A stretch of 45,132 nucleotides of DNA from an uncultured Burkholderiales bacterium (GCA_964424125.1 CAYRHS010000003.1:1-45132); one strand, 5' to 3'; numbered from the stretch's first letter, positions 1 to 9,981 are shown. Notes: generated by a model from the sequence alone, not told the origin. A program made the numbers and translations.

Positions 1-2
1 TT

Positions 3-416
3 CGGCTCGACATCCGCCGGATCGAGAGCATCAAGGACGGCACCGAGGTGATCGGCAACCGGGCCCGGGTCAAGGTCGTGAAGAACAAGTGCGGCCCGCC
101 GTTCAAGACCTCCGAGTTCGACATCATGTACGGCAAGGGCATCAGCCGCGAGGGGTCGCTGCTCGACGTGGCCGTCGACCTCGGCCTCGTGAAGAAGTCG
201 GGTGCCTGGTTCACCTACGAGGGCGAGCAGCTCGGACAGGGCCGCGAGAAGGTGAAGCAGTTCCTGGCCGAGAACGTCGACCTCATGTTCGAGATCTCCG
301 ACAAGGTCCGCAAGGCCTCAGGGCTCGACGACGTCGAGGAGAGCGACGAGGTCGACCTCGAAGAGGAGGCGGCCCCGGCGGCCCCGGCGGCCGAGGACGC
401 CGACGCCGAGCGCTGA
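3..416 (+). CDS. recA: RecA recombinase, C-terminal part (5' end outside window)
   Basis: Frame from nt 3 reads [56 protein letters not shown]..., the conserved RecA C-terminal core followed by an acidic tail. Stop at 414-416. Confidence 0.97.
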   Translation, partial: RLDIRRIESIKDGTEVIGNRARVKVVKNKCGPPFKTSEFDIMYGKGISREGSLLDVAVDLGLVKKSGAWFTYEGEQLGQGREKVKQFLAENVDLMFEISDKVRKASGLDDVEESDEVDLEEEAAPAAPAAEDADAER

Positions 417-434
417 CCGGGGCCGGGCGTTCCG

Positions 435-1157
435 TCAGAGCAGACCACGGACGATCGCGGCACTGCCCGCGGCCGCCGCGATCGCCAGCACCGCGGGCCG
501 GAACCACGGTGCGTCGGCTCGCCGCGCCAGCAACGCGCTGAGGCCGTAGCCGACGAGCATCGCGGGCAGGAGCGTGAGCGCCCAGCGGAGCTTCCACCAC
601 GCCAGCTCGCCGGCGAGCCCCAGCGCGATCAGCGACACGACCAGGCCGATCCCGAACGCAACCGCGAGCGTCGAACGCACCACCGGCGGCGGGTGATGCT
701 GGTAGAGCAGCCCGAGCGGGGGACCGGCGACTGACGTCGCCGTTCCGGTCAGACCCGAGACGACGCCCGCGGCGAGCAAGGTGCCCGTGTTCACCGGGAC
801 CGGGCGGGTGACGGCGCTCGCCAACGCGCCGAGCACGATCACGCAACCGACCATGACCGTCAGGGCGTCACCCGCCAGCACGAGGACGAGCACCACGCCG
901 ATCACGGACCCGGGCACACGTCCGAAGCTCAGGAGCACCACGCCGCGCACGTCGATGTGCGCGCGCTCCCGGCGGGCCACGAGGACGCTGAGCGGCATCG
1001 CCACCAGGAGGACCGTGACGGGCACGGCGGCGGGCTCGACGATGCTCACCACCGGGGCGAGCACGATCGCGAATCCCATCCCGACGCCGCCCTGGGCGAA
1101 GCCGCCCGCGCAGGCAAAGGTGGCCAGCAAAGCCCACTCCGCGACGCTCAGGTCCAT
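435..1157 (-). CDS. TauE/SafE (TSUP) family anion-exporter-like membrane protein
   Basis: ATG at 1157 (MDLSVAEWALLATFACAGG...) gives a 240-aa polytopic G/A/L/V-rich membrane protein typical of TauE/SafE. The upstream extension of the 362-aa ORF overlaps miaB and looks non-coding. Confidence 0.8.
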   Translation of the reverse strand: MDLSVAEWALLATFACAGGFAQGGVGMGFAIVLAPVVSIVEPAAVPVTVLLVAMPLSVLVARRERAHIDVRGVVLLSFGRVPGSVIGVVLVLVLAGDALTVMVGCVIVLGALASAVTRPVPVNTGTLLAAGVVSGLTGTATSVAGPPLGLLYQHHPPPVVRSTLAVAFGIGLVVSLIALGLAGELAWWKLRWALTLLPAMLVGYGLSALLARRADAPWFRPAVLAIAAAAGSAAIVRGLL

Positions 1158-1208
1158 CTCAGCCTCCGGCGGGTCGGCGGGGAGGCCCGCCGTACACTGG
1201 GCGCCACC

Positions 1209-2594
1209 ATGCCGCAGCGATTCCACGTCCGCACCTTCGGGTGCCAGATGAACGAGCACGACTCGGAGCAGATCGCCGGCCTCCTCGGGGCAGAAGGCAT
1301 GGAGCCGACGGCCGAGATCGAGGACGCCGACGTCGTCGTGTTCAACACCTGCTGCGTGCGCGAGAACGCGGACAACAAGCTCTACGGCCACCTGGGCGCG
1401 CTGAAGGGGCTCCGACATTCCCGACCGGACCTGCAGATCGCGGTCGGCGGCTGCCTCGCGCAGAAGGACCGGGAGCGGATCCTCGAGCGCGCCGGTCACG
1501 TCGACGTCGTGTTCGGCACCCACAACCTCAGCCGGCTGCCGGCCCTGCTCGAACGCGCCGAGACCGAGGGTCCGATCGTCGAGGTCCCCGAGGTACGTGG
1601 CCCCACCCCGGACGAGGAGCTCTCCGCGCGGCGCTCACGACCCCATTCGGCGTGGGTCACGATCCAGATCGGCTGCGACAACTCGTGCGCGTTCTGCATC
1701 GTCCCGTCCGTCCGGGGGCCGGAGGTCAGCCGGCGGATGGGCGACATCGTCCGCGAGGTCGGCCGGCTCGCCGGAGACGGCGTGGGCGAGATCACGCTGC
1801 TCGGCCAGAACGTCAACTCGTACGGCCGGGACCTGGGCGCAGGCCAGTACCGTCCGCGCTTCGCCGACCTGCTCCGGGCCGTCGACGCGGTCGACGGCGT
1901 CGAGCGCATCCGCTTCACCTCCCCGCACCCGAAGGACCTCCGGGCCGAGACGATCGCGGCGATGTCCGAGTGTGCCGCCGTGTGCGAGCAGCTCCACCTG
2001 CCGCTCCAGTCCGGCAGCGACCGCGTGCTCGCGGCGATGCATCGGGGGTACACGGCCGATCGGTACCTCGGACGGCTCGAGGCCGCTCGCCGGGCGGTGC
2101 CGGACCTCGCGATGACGACCGATCTCATCGTCGGCTTCCCGGGCGAGACCGAAGACGACTTCGCCCGCACCCTCGAGGTGGTCGAAGCCGCCCGCTACGA
2201 CGCCGCGTACACGTTCGTGTTCTCGCCCCGGCCGGGCACGCCCGCCGCGGAACGACAGGCCGAGTTCGTCGCCCCCGACGTCGTTCGCGACCGCATGGAT
2301 CGCCTGACCGCGGTCGTGGAGGCGAGCGCGCTGGCCCGTCACGAGGCGCGTGTGGGCCGGATCGAGCGCGTGCTCGTCGACGGTCCCTCGAAGACGGATC
2401 CGCACCGTCGCTCGGGCCGCACCCGGCAGGGCAAGCTCGTGCACTTCCCGAGCACCGCCACCGACGCCCCGACCGGCACGTTCGTCGACGTCCGGATCGA
2501 GGCGGCCGCACCGCACTGGTTGCGGGGCGAGGCGGTCGCGACCTCGCTCCAGCCGACACCGCGTCGAGCGCGGATCCCGGTCGTGGCGGGGTAG
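1209..2594 (+). CDS. miaB: tRNA-2-methylthio-N6-dimethylallyladenosine synthase
   Basis: MPQRFHVRTFGCQMNEHDSE N-domain, radical-SAM cluster motif GCDNSCAFCIVP, and a C-terminal TRAM-like domain. ATG at 1209. Confidence 0.96.
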   Translation: MPQRFHVRTFGCQMNEHDSEQIAGLLGAEGMEPTAEIEDADVVVFNTCCVRENADNKLYGHLGALKGLRHSRPDLQIAVGGCLAQKDRERILERAGHVDVVFGTHNLSRLPALLERAETEGPIVEVPEVRGPTPDEELSARRSRPHSAWVTIQIGCDNSCAFCIVPSVRGPEVSRRMGDIVREVGRLAGDGVGEITLLGQNVNSYGRDLGAGQYRPRFADLLRAVDAVDGVERIRFTSPHPKDLRAETIAAMSECAAVCEQLHLPLQSGSDRVLAAMHRGYTADRYLGRLEAARRAVPDLAMTTDLIVGFPGETEDDFARTLEVVEAARYDAAYTFVFSPRPGTPAAERQAEFVAPDVVRDRMDRLTAVVEASALARHEARVGRIERVLVDGPSKTDPHRRSGRTRQGKLVHFPSTATDAPTGTFVDVRIEAAAPHWLRGEAVATSLQPTPRRARIPVVAG

Positions 2595-2598
2595 GACC

Positions 2599-3534
2599 AT
2601 CAGCGCGCCCGCTACGACCCATCTCGCGCTCGTCGGGCCGACGGCGTGCGGGAAGTCCGCGCTCGCGCTGTCGGTCGCGGAGGCGTTGGGCGACGTGGAG
2701 ATCGTCTCGGTCGACTCGATGCAGATCTATCGCGGCATGGACATCGGGACGGCCAAGCCGGTGCCCGCGGATCGTGCTCGGGTTCCGCACCACCTGATCG
2801 ACGTGGCCGATCCGTCGGAGACCTGGTCCGTCGCTCGCTTCCAGGAGATTGCACGGGCCGCGGTCGCGGACGTCGAGCGACGCGGGCTGCGCGCGCTCTT
2901 GGTCGGGGGGACTGGGCTCTACGTTCAGGCGGTCGTGGACGACCTCCGCTTCCCCGGTGAGGACCTGGAGGTCCGGGCTCGGCTCGAGGCCGAGACCTCC
3001 GTGCCCGGGGGGATCGCCCGCGCGTACGCCCGGCTCCGCGAGCACGACCCGGCCGCGGCCGATCGGATCGACGAGCACAACCAACGCCGGATCGTGCGCG
3101 CGCTCGAGGTGCTCGAGCTCACCGGCCGACCGTTCTCGTCCTACGGTCCGGGGATCGATCGCTTCGGCCCGACGAAGTTCCCGGTCGCGATCGCGGGGGT
3201 CTGGCTGCCGCGCGCGGTGGCACATCGGCGCATCGAGGAACGGGTCGGGGCGATGCGCTCGGCCGGCTTCGTGTCCGAGGTGCAGGCGCTGCTCGACGCC
3301 CCCGCGGGGCTGTCGCGGACCGCGCGCCAGGCTATCGGCTACCGGGACGTGGCCGACGCGCTCGAAGAGACCGGGATCGTGGGCGACGACGTGTTCGCGC
3401 GCATGGTCCGGCGGACGCGGTCCTTCGCCCGCCGCCAGCGCATGTGGTTCCGTCGTGACCCGCGCGTCACGTGGTTCGCGACAGAGAAGAATCCCACCGT
3501 GCTCGCCCCGGCGCTCCTGGCAGCCTGGAAGTGA
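2599..3534 (+). CDS. miaA: tRNA dimethylallyltransferase (start codon uncertain)
   Basis: P-loop LALVGPTACGKSALAL and DSMQIYRGMDIGTAKP motifs. Stop at 3532-3534. There is no in-frame ATG/GTG/TTG between 2350 and the P-loop, so ATC at 2599 is proposed as the start (see findings). Confidence 0.88.
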   Translation: MSAPATTHLALVGPTACGKSALALSVAEALGDVEIVSVDSMQIYRGMDIGTAKPVPADRARVPHHLIDVADPSETWSVARFQEIARAAVADVERRGLRALLVGGTGLYVQAVVDDLRFPGEDLEVRARLEAETSVPGGIARAYARLREHDPAAADRIDEHNQRRIVRALEVLELTGRPFSSYGPGIDRFGPTKFPVAIAGVWLPRAVAHRRIEERVGAMRSAGFVSEVQALLDAPAGLSRTARQAIGYRDVADALEETGIVGDDVFARMVRRTRSFARRQRMWFRRDPRVTWFATEKNPTVLAPALLAAWK

Positions 3535-4385
3535 TGACCTCCGTCCGGCTCAGCAAGCTCCAGGCGACCGGCAACGACTTCCTCGTGCTCGCCCCCGGCG
3601 AACACGGGTGGCGCCCCGACGCGGCTTGCGTGGCGGCGCTGTGCGATCGCCATCGGGGGATCGGCGCCGACGGGTTCCTCACGCTGCTCCCCGGGTCCGA
3701 CGGGTCCGACGCCACGATGGTCCTGCGCAACGCCGATGGAGGGCTCGCGGAGATGAGCGGGAACGGTATCCGTTGCCTGGCCTGGGTCGCGGTGCGGGAG
3801 GGCTGGGGCGCACCGGACCGTCTCGTGGTCGATACGGGTGGCGGGCGCCGCCTCGTCGAGCTCGACCGCGACGACTCCGGCGTGCTCCGGGCCGCAGGGG
3901 TGGACATGGGCGCGGTCACCTTCGACCCGGCCTCGATCCCGGTCGATGCCGCGTCGCCGTTCGAGCTCACGGGCACCGTCCACGGCACCGAGTACCGCGG
4001 CGACGCCGCGGGCATGGCGAACCCGCATTGGGTCCTCTTCGTCGACGATCCCGACGAGGCTCGGGTCGTCCAACACGGGCCGCGACTCGAGGCTGATCCG
4101 CGGTTCCCCACCCGGACGAACGTCGAGTTCGTCCGCGTCGAATCCCGTACTCGGCTACGGATGCGGGTCTGGGAGCGGGGGGTCGGCGAGACGCTCTCGT
4201 GCGGGACCGGGGCCTGCGCGGCGACCGCCGTCGCGCGTCGACGAGGCCTCGTCGACGAGCGCGTCACGGTGAGAGTGCCCGGCGGTGAGCTCGAGGTCGA
4301 GATCGGCGAGACGATTCGCCTCGCCGGGCCCGTGCAGCACGTCTTCGACGTGGAGATCGACGCCGATCGCTTCGGGCGGGCATGA
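3534..4385 (+). CDS. dapF: diaminopimelate epimerase
   Basis: MTSVRLSKLQATGNDFLV N-terminus and both catalytic Cys contexts (SGNGIRC, LSCGTGACA). ATG 3534 shares one nt with the miaA stop (TGATG). Confidence 0.94.
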   Translation: MTSVRLSKLQATGNDFLVLAPGEHGWRPDAACVAALCDRHRGIGADGFLTLLPGSDGSDATMVLRNADGGLAEMSGNGIRCLAWVAVREGWGAPDRLVVDTGGGRRLVELDRDDSGVLRAAGVDMGAVTFDPASIPVDAASPFELTGTVHGTEYRGDAAGMANPHWVLFVDDPDEARVVQHGPRLEADPRFPTRTNVEFVRVESRTRLRMRVWERGVGETLSCGTGACAATAVARRRGLVDERVTVRVPGGELEVEIGETIRLAGPVQHVFDVEIDADRFGRA

Positions 4386-5710
4386 CTCGCGACCACCAGG
4401 ACCGTCGCCGCCCGGCGCTCACCGCGACCGAGGTCGACCTCGGCGTCGCTCGCCAACGCGCGGTGCTGGTCGCGGTCGCGCCGGCAGCCGAGCGGGAAGC
4501 GGCGGAGGCGTCACTCGCCGAGCTGGAGCTGCTGGTCGACACGGCGGGGGCCGAGACCGTGGCATCCGAGCTCCAGATCCGTCCCACGCCCGACAGCGCC
4601 AGCTTCGTCGGGTCGGGCAAGCTCGAGGAGCTCGCGGCGATGTGCGCGATGCTCGACGTCGATCTCATCGTCGTCGACGGCGAGCTCACACCCGCGCAGC
4701 AACGCCTCCTGGAGCGACGGCTCTCCGTCGACGTCGTCGACCGCGTGGCGCTGATCCTGGACATCTTCGCCCGTCATGCGCACAGCCAGGAGGGCATGCT
4801 CCAGGTCGAGCTGGCCCAGCTGCGCTACCGACTCCCGCGGCTGCGGGGCCGAGGGATCGAGCTGAGCCGACTCGGAGGTGGGATCGGGACCCGGGGCCCG
4901 GGCGAGACCCAGCTCGAGACCGACCGGCGGCGCATCCTGCGCCGCATCGCCAAGCTCGAACGCGATCTCGGACGCCTCCGACGCACGCGCACGACCCAAC
5001 GCAAGGCCCGTCGCCGGCGCGAGCTCCCGACGGTCGCCCTCGTCGGCTACACGAACGCGGGGAAGTCGACGCTGCTCAACCAGGTGACCGATGCCGGCGT
5101 GCTGGTCGGGGACCGTCTGTTCTCCACGCTCGATCCGACGACCCGCCGCTGTGAGCTCCCGGGCGGCGAAGCGGTGCTCCTGAGCGACACCGTGGGGTTC
5201 GTCCGCAAGCTCCCGCACGAGCTCGTCGAGGCCTTTCGCTCGACGCTCGAGGAGGTCACCGACGCCGCGCTCCTCGTCCACGTGGTCGACGCGTCGTCGG
5301 CGACCGCCGCTTCGGAGATCGCGGCCGTGCGGACCGTGCTCGCCGAGATCGACGCCGACGAGCTCTCCGAGCTGGTCGTGGCCAACAAGATCGACGTGGC
5401 CGACCCCGCCGCCGTGGCCGACCTCGTACGCGCGGAGGATGCCGTGCCCGTGTCGGCCGCGACCGGTGAGGGGGTCGACAAGCTGATGGACGTCCTCGCT
5501 GGTCGTCTCCGCTCCGGGCGACGGATCGTCGAGCTGCGCGTGCCCTACTCGCGGGGGGAGGTCCTGGCCGCACTGCACCGTGAAGGTGACGTCCTCGTCG
5601 AGGTCCACGAGGACGACTGCACGCGAGTGCGCGCCCGTCTTCCGGACGCGGCGTTGAGCCGCTTCCTGGACTACCGAGCCGACGAGGAATCGGTCACTGG
5701 AGGACCTTGA
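4382..5710 (+). CDS. hflX: GTPase HflX
   Basis: HflX N-domain followed by G motifs GYTNAGKSTL, DTVGF and NKID. ATG 4382 overlaps the dapF stop (ATGA). Confidence 0.95.
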   Translation: MTRDHQDRRRPALTATEVDLGVARQRAVLVAVAPAAEREAAEASLAELELLVDTAGAETVASELQIRPTPDSASFVGSGKLEELAAMCAMLDVDLIVVDGELTPAQQRLLERRLSVDVVDRVALILDIFARHAHSQEGMLQVELAQLRYRLPRLRGRGIELSRLGGGIGTRGPGETQLETDRRRILRRIAKLERDLGRLRRTRTTQRKARRRRELPTVALVGYTNAGKSTLLNQVTDAGVLVGDRLFSTLDPTTRRCELPGGEAVLLSDTVGFVRKLPHELVEAFRSTLEEVTDAALLVHVVDASSATAASEIAAVRTVLAEIDADELSELVVANKIDVADPAAVADLVRAEDAVPVSAATGEGVDKLMDVLAGRLRSGRRIVELRVPYSRGEVLAALHREGDVLVEVHEDDCTRVRARLPDAALSRFLDYRADEESVTGGP

Positions 5711-7058
5711 GCGCGAGGCGCTCGAGCGGGCCCTTGGGTGCTCCGTCGCGATTGTCCCCGCGGAGCAGGATCCGTTGCGATCCCTCCAGGAACAGGCGGC
5801 GCAGGGGTTCGGGTGGCAACGGGACCGGCCGCTTCGTGGTGAAGGGGAGGCCTTCGTACGCCGGCGCCCGCGCCAGCAGCTCGTCGCGAACGACCTTGCC
5901 GATGAGGTGAGCGGGGCCCACCCCGTGGCCCGCGTAGCCGAGTGCGTACAGGACGCGGCCGCGGCCGAGCAGCCGGACCACTGGCATGACGTTGACCGTC
6001 CCGCACACCGGCCCGGCCCAACGGTGCTCGATGCGCACGTCCTCGAGCTGGGGGAAGTTCCAGCGGAACGTCTCCTCGAGCCGGCCGAAGATCCGGGGGT
6101 CGCGTTCGAAGCGAGGATCCGGCCCGCTCGAGACGAACGGCGCGTCGCGGCCGCCCCACAGGATCCGGCCGTCGGCCGTCGGGCGGTGGAAGTGGACGAA
6201 GACCCGCTTGTCCTCGATCCCGAACCCGCCCTCCCATCCGATCCTGCTCCACTGGTCGTCGCGCAGCGGCTCGGTGAGGGTGATGTAGGCGTAGATGGTG
6301 AAGATGTAGCGGCGGATCTCCGGAATCGCGTGGGCGTAGGCGTTGGTCGCGATGACCCCCCGCTCGGCAGTGATCGTCCCTGACGGGGTGCGCACCTCGA
6401 CGCGGCCGTCGACGTCGTGGATCGCATCGGCGGGTGTGCCTTCGTACACACGGACCCCGCGCTTGCGCGCCGCGTCGCGCAGCCCGCGCGCGAGCGCGGC
6501 GGGGTCGACGAGCAGGCAGTGCTCTTCGAGGTGACCGACGCGCAAACGGTCCGTGTGGACCAGCTCCCGCAGCTCGTTCCTCTCGACCAGCCGGAAGTCG
6601 TCGAGGCCGAGACGCGCGGCCGCGTCGAGATCCTGGTGGATCCGCACGTCCTGGTCGGGGCCGTTCGACACGGTGAGGTTCCCGGGGTGCGTGATGTCGG
6701 CGTCGATGCCTTCGTCCGCCGCGAAGCGTTCGATCTCGTTGATGGAATCGACCATCCCCAGATGCGTGGCCCGCGCCCGCTCGTCTCCGATCTTGCGGGC
6801 GAGGTCGTGGATGTTGCGCCCCACCATCGTCATCGCGAACCCACCGTTGCGACCACTCGCACCGAAGCCCACGACCTCCGCTTCGGTGACCACCACGTCG
6901 AGTGCGGGCTCGGCGTCCTTCGCGTGGATCGCGGACCACAACCCCGTGAAGCCACCACCGACGACGACGACGTCGGCCGTCGTGTCGCCCACGAGTCGCT
7001 CACCGGGGGAGTAGGGGTGGTCGCCGAGCCAGAAGCTCCGGCTCCGCCATGTGCTCAT
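5694..7058 (-). CDS. FAD-dependent oxidoreductase (DAO family, gamma-glutamylputrescine-oxidase-like)
   Basis: N-terminal dinucleotide fold VVVVGGGFTGLWSA and a 454-aa DAO-type architecture. The 3' end overlaps the hflX 3' end convergently by 17 nt. Confidence 0.85.
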   Translation of the reverse strand: MSTWRSRSFWLGDHPYSPGERLVGDTTADVVVVGGGFTGLWSAIHAKDAEPALDVVVTEAEVVGFGASGRNGGFAMTMVGRNIHDLARKIGDERARATHLGMVDSINEIERFAADEGIDADITHPGNLTVSNGPDQDVRIHQDLDAAARLGLDDFRLVERNELRELVHTDRLRVGHLEEHCLLVDPAALARGLRDAARKRGVRVYEGTPADAIHDVDGRVEVRTPSGTITAERGVIATNAYAHAIPEIRRYIFTIYAYITLTEPLRDDQWSRIGWEGGFGIEDKRVFVHFHRPTADGRILWGGRDAPFVSSGPDPRFERDPRIFGRLEETFRWNFPQLEDVRIEHRWAGPVCGTVNVMPVVRLLGRGRVLYALGYAGHGVGPAHLIGKVVRDELLARAPAYEGLPFTTKRPVPLPPEPLRRLFLEGSQRILLRGDNRDGAPKGPLERLALKVLQ

Positions 7059-7849
7059 GACACCGACCGACCGAAGCGGGCGAGCTCGCGAGCGACGTCA
7101 CGACGCGTGCCGAACCGATAGAGCGTCGGCGCGAGGGTCTTGGCCGCGTGGGCGAGGCCCAGCCAACGCGGGACGAACACCTCGCTCCGATCGCGTTCGA
7201 CCGCGTGGACGACCGCTTCGGCCACGGTCTCGGGTGGCACCGCTCGTGGCCAGGTGCGCGCGTATGGCTCACCGCGTCGGGTGAAGAACTCGGTGGCGAC
7301 GGGACCGGGGTCGACGAGCGTGACGCCCACCCCGGCCGGTTCCACCTCGGTCCCCAGGGATTCCAGCAGGCCCACGACCGCGAACTTGCTCGCCGAGTAC
7401 GCGCTCTCGAGCGGTGCCGCGAGGCGGCCCGCGACCGACGCGACCGCGACGAGGTGACCCTTCCGGCGCTCGAGCATGGAGGGAAGCACGGCGCGCACCG
7501 CGTGGAGCGTGCCGAAGAAGTTGACCTCCATCAGGTGGCGGAAGGTCTCGGAGGGCGTGTCGACGAACGGCCCGTAGGCCCCGACGCCCGCGCTCGTCAC
7601 GATGACGTCGATCGGTCCGAGCTCACGGCTAACGGCGGCCAGCGACTCCGTCAGTCCCGACTCGTCGGTGACGTCCGCAGGTGCGACCGTCGCTTTGGCC
7701 GGGAGGTCCCCCGCGACGTCACGCAGCGCGTCCGCGTCGCGAGCGATGAGGCCGACCCGGGCCCCACGCGCCGAGACGGCGCGAGCCACCGCCGCGCCGA
7801 TGCCCTGCGACGCGCCAGTCACTGCGACGACGGATCCGTTCCAGTCCAC
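7055..7849 (-). CDS. short-chain dehydrogenase/reductase (SDR)
   Basis: TGASQGIG cofactor motif, NFFG, and catalytic YSASK. GTG at 7849 is preceded by GGAGGG. The stop overlaps the ATG of the downstream oxidoreductase (ATGA at 7055-7058). Confidence 0.88.
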   Translation of the reverse strand: MDWNGSVVAVTGASQGIGAAVARAVSARGARVGLIARDADALRDVAGDLPAKATVAPADVTDESGLTESLAAVSRELGPIDVIVTSAGVGAYGPFVDTPSETFRHLMEVNFFGTLHAVRAVLPSMLERRKGHLVAVASVAGRLAAPLESAYSASKFAVVGLLESLGTEVEPAGVGVTLVDPGPVATEFFTRRGEPYARTWPRAVPPETVAEAVVHAVERDRSEVFVPRWLGLAHAAKTLAPTLYRFGTRRDVARELARFGRSVS

Positions 7850-7954
7850 CGATCCCTCCGGTCCGCGAGCGGCCGACGGTACGCGATCGACGCGAAGTTC
7901 GCAGACGCCGGAAGCTGCGTGGAGGGAGGCCGTCCCACGGGTAGGCTCGCTGCG

Positions 7955-9112
7955 ATGGCCGGGATTTCCGGCGGTTTCGAGCCGCCCGCCTACCCACACG
8001 ACCGGCTGGTCGCGCTCCGCCGCCTCGCCGAGCTCGCCCCCGGCGGCCTGGTCGACTGCTCGACCGGAGCCCCGACCGAATCGGCTCCCGCCGTGGTCCG
8101 TGCGGCGCTCGAGGCCGCGTCGCAGGCCGTCGGGTACCCACCGTCGATGGGCACGGTCGAGTTCCGGGAGGCGGCGTGCGCGTGGATGCGCCGGCGGCTC
8201 GGGGTGAGCGTCCCGGCCGACCAGGTGCTGGCGTGCGTGGGTACGAAGGAGTTCGTGACGTCGTTGCCGCGAATGCTGCACCTGCGTGACCCGAGCCGTG
8301 ACACCGTCCTGTACCCGGCGGTCGCCTATCCCAGCTACGAGATGGGTGCCCAACTCGCGGGCCTCCGTGCGGTACCGGTTCCCGTCGACGGCGATTGGCT
8401 CCCCGACCTCGATCGGGTCGCGGACGGGGACGGGGAGCGGACGCTCCTGTTGTGGCTGAACGAGCCCGGGAACCCGACCGGCTCCGTTGCGTCCTCTGCG
8501 TACTACGCACGTGCGGCTGCGTGGGCTCGGGAGCGACGGATCGTCCTAGCGTCCGACGAGTGCTACGTCGAGCTCTCCGACGTCGCCGGCAGTGGCCACC
8601 CGCTGACCACGATCCTGGGCGAGGGCCTCGATGGGCTGCTTGCAGTCCACTCGCTGTCCAAGCGGTCGCACATGCCGGGGTTCCGCGCCGGCTTCGCCGC
8701 CGGGGACGCAGCGCTCGTCGAGTACCTGGGGCTGGTCCGGAAGCACGCGGGGCTCATGGTGCCGACGCCGGTCCAGGCGGCGGCGGTGGCCGCGCTCGAG
8801 GACGACGGGCACGTCGAGGCAGCACGGCGCACGTACACCAGGCGGCGCGCGGCCGCGATCCCCGTGCTCGCCGAGCACGGTCTCGTGCACGACGGAGGCC
8901 CGGGCACCTTCTACCTGTGGCTCCGCAGCGCCGTCGGCGCCGACGACGGTTGGGAGCTCGCGGGCCGGTTGGCCGAGGTGGGCGTGCTCGCGGCCCCGGG
9001 GGACCTGTACGGCGCCGCGGGGGCGGACCACGTCCGGCTCGCGCTCGTGCAGCCGACCGAACGTCTCGTGCCCGCGCTCGAAGGTCTCGGCTCGTCCGTC
9101 GCCGCGAGCTGA
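7955..9112 (+). CDS. dapC: succinyldiaminopimelate aminotransferase (actinobacterial DapC type)
   Basis: MAGISGGFEPPAYPHDRLVALRRLA...VDCSTGAP...GYPPSMGT...NEPGNPTG...SLSKRS (PLP Lys context) resembles Rv0858c-type DapC. The gene lies directly upstream of dapD and dapE. Confidence 0.85.
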   Translation: MAGISGGFEPPAYPHDRLVALRRLAELAPGGLVDCSTGAPTESAPAVVRAALEAASQAVGYPPSMGTVEFREAACAWMRRRLGVSVPADQVLACVGTKEFVTSLPRMLHLRDPSRDTVLYPAVAYPSYEMGAQLAGLRAVPVPVDGDWLPDLDRVADGDGERTLLLWLNEPGNPTGSVASSAYYARAAAWARERRIVLASDECYVELSDVAGSGHPLTTILGEGLDGLLAVHSLSKRSHMPGFRAGFAAGDAALVEYLGLVRKHAGLMVPTPVQAAAVAALEDDGHVEAARRTYTRRRAAAIPVLAEHGLVHDGGPGTFYLWLRSAVGADDGWELAGRLAEVGVLAAPGDLYGAAGADHVRLALVQPTERLVPALEGLGSSVAAS

Positions 9113-9153
9113 CCAATACGCTGGACCCGCGCCGCGAGCGACCGGAGGGCCGC

Positions 9154-9981
9154 ATGGACGACCTCGCGTCGACGATCACCAGGCTCTGGGAGCATCGCGA
9201 CGCGCTCGACCGTGTCATGCCGGAGACCGACGCGAGCGATGTTGTTCGTGAAGCGGTGGGTCGGCTCGATCGCGGCGAGGCCCGGGTCGCGGAGCTCGTG
9301 GACGGGCAGGTGATGGTGCACGAGTGGACCAAGGAGGCGGTGCTCCTCCTGTTCCGGCTCTCCGAGATGGAGACCATCGAGCTCGGTCCGTTCGAGTACG
9401 CGGACAAGATCCCGCTCAAGTCGGACTTCGCGGCCGCGGGCGTGCGGGTCGTCCCCGGCGCCTCGGCCCGCTTCGGGTCGTATCTCGGCCGCGGCGTGAC
9501 GATGATGCCGTCCTACGTGAACATCGGTGCCCACGTGGGAGCCGACACGCTCGTGGACACGTGGGCGACGGTGGGTTCCTGCGCGCAGATCGGCGAGCGG
9601 GTCCATCTGTCGGGGGGCGTCGGCATCGGTGGAGTGCTCGAACCCCCGCAGGCGGCGCCGGTGATCATCGAGGACGACGTCTTCGTCGGGTCCCGCTGCA
9701 TCGTTGTCGAGGGCGCCCGGGTGCGACGAGGCGCGAAGCTCGGCGCCGGCGTCGTGCTCACCTCCTCGACGCCGGTCATCGAGGCCGAGACCGGTGACGT
9801 GGTCGCCCGCGGAGACGTTCCCGAACGGGCCGTCGCCGTGGCCGCGACGCGAGCGCGGTCCTTCCCGGGGGGCGAGTTCGGCCTCGCGGCAGTCCTCGTG
9901 CTGCGGTACCTCGAGGAGGGCGAGGAGCACGACAAGCTGAAGCTCAACGCGATCCTGCGCGAGCACGGGCTGGCCCCGTGA
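9154..9981 (+). CDS. dapD: 2,3,4,5-tetrahydropyridine-2,6-dicarboxylate N-succinyltransferase
   Basis: MPSYVNIGAHVGADTLVDTWATVGSCAQIGERVHLSGGVGIGGVLEP hexapeptide-repeat core is nearly identical in pattern to E. coli-type DapD. GGAGGG lies 5 nt upstream of the ATG. Confidence 0.93.
   Translation: MDDLASTITRLWEHRDALDRVMPETDASDVVREAVGRLDRGEARVAELVDGQVMVHEWTKEAVLLLFRLSEMETIELGPFEYADKIPLKSDFAAAGVRVVPGASARFGSYLGRGVTMMPSYVNIGAHVGADTLVDTWATVGSCAQIGERVHLSGGVGIGGVLEPPQAAPVIIEDDVFVGSRCIVVEGARVRRGAKLGAGVVLTSSTPVIEAETGDVVARGDVPERAVAVAATRARSFPGGEFGLAAVLVLRYLEEGEEHDKLKLNAILREHGLAP

Noticed and set aside
2350-2598. ATG 2350 as the miaA start (394-aa form)
   Set aside because: It would overlap miaB by 245 nt and add an Arg/Ser/Pro-rich extension of about 83 residues that looks like an off-frame translation of miaB.
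4511-6451. 646-aa minus-strand ORF spanning hflX and the oxidoreductase gene
   Set aside because: It is antisense or off-frame to two well-supported genes. The product is Arg/Ser/Pro/Gly-rich with no motifs, a typical shadow ORF of a high-GC genome.
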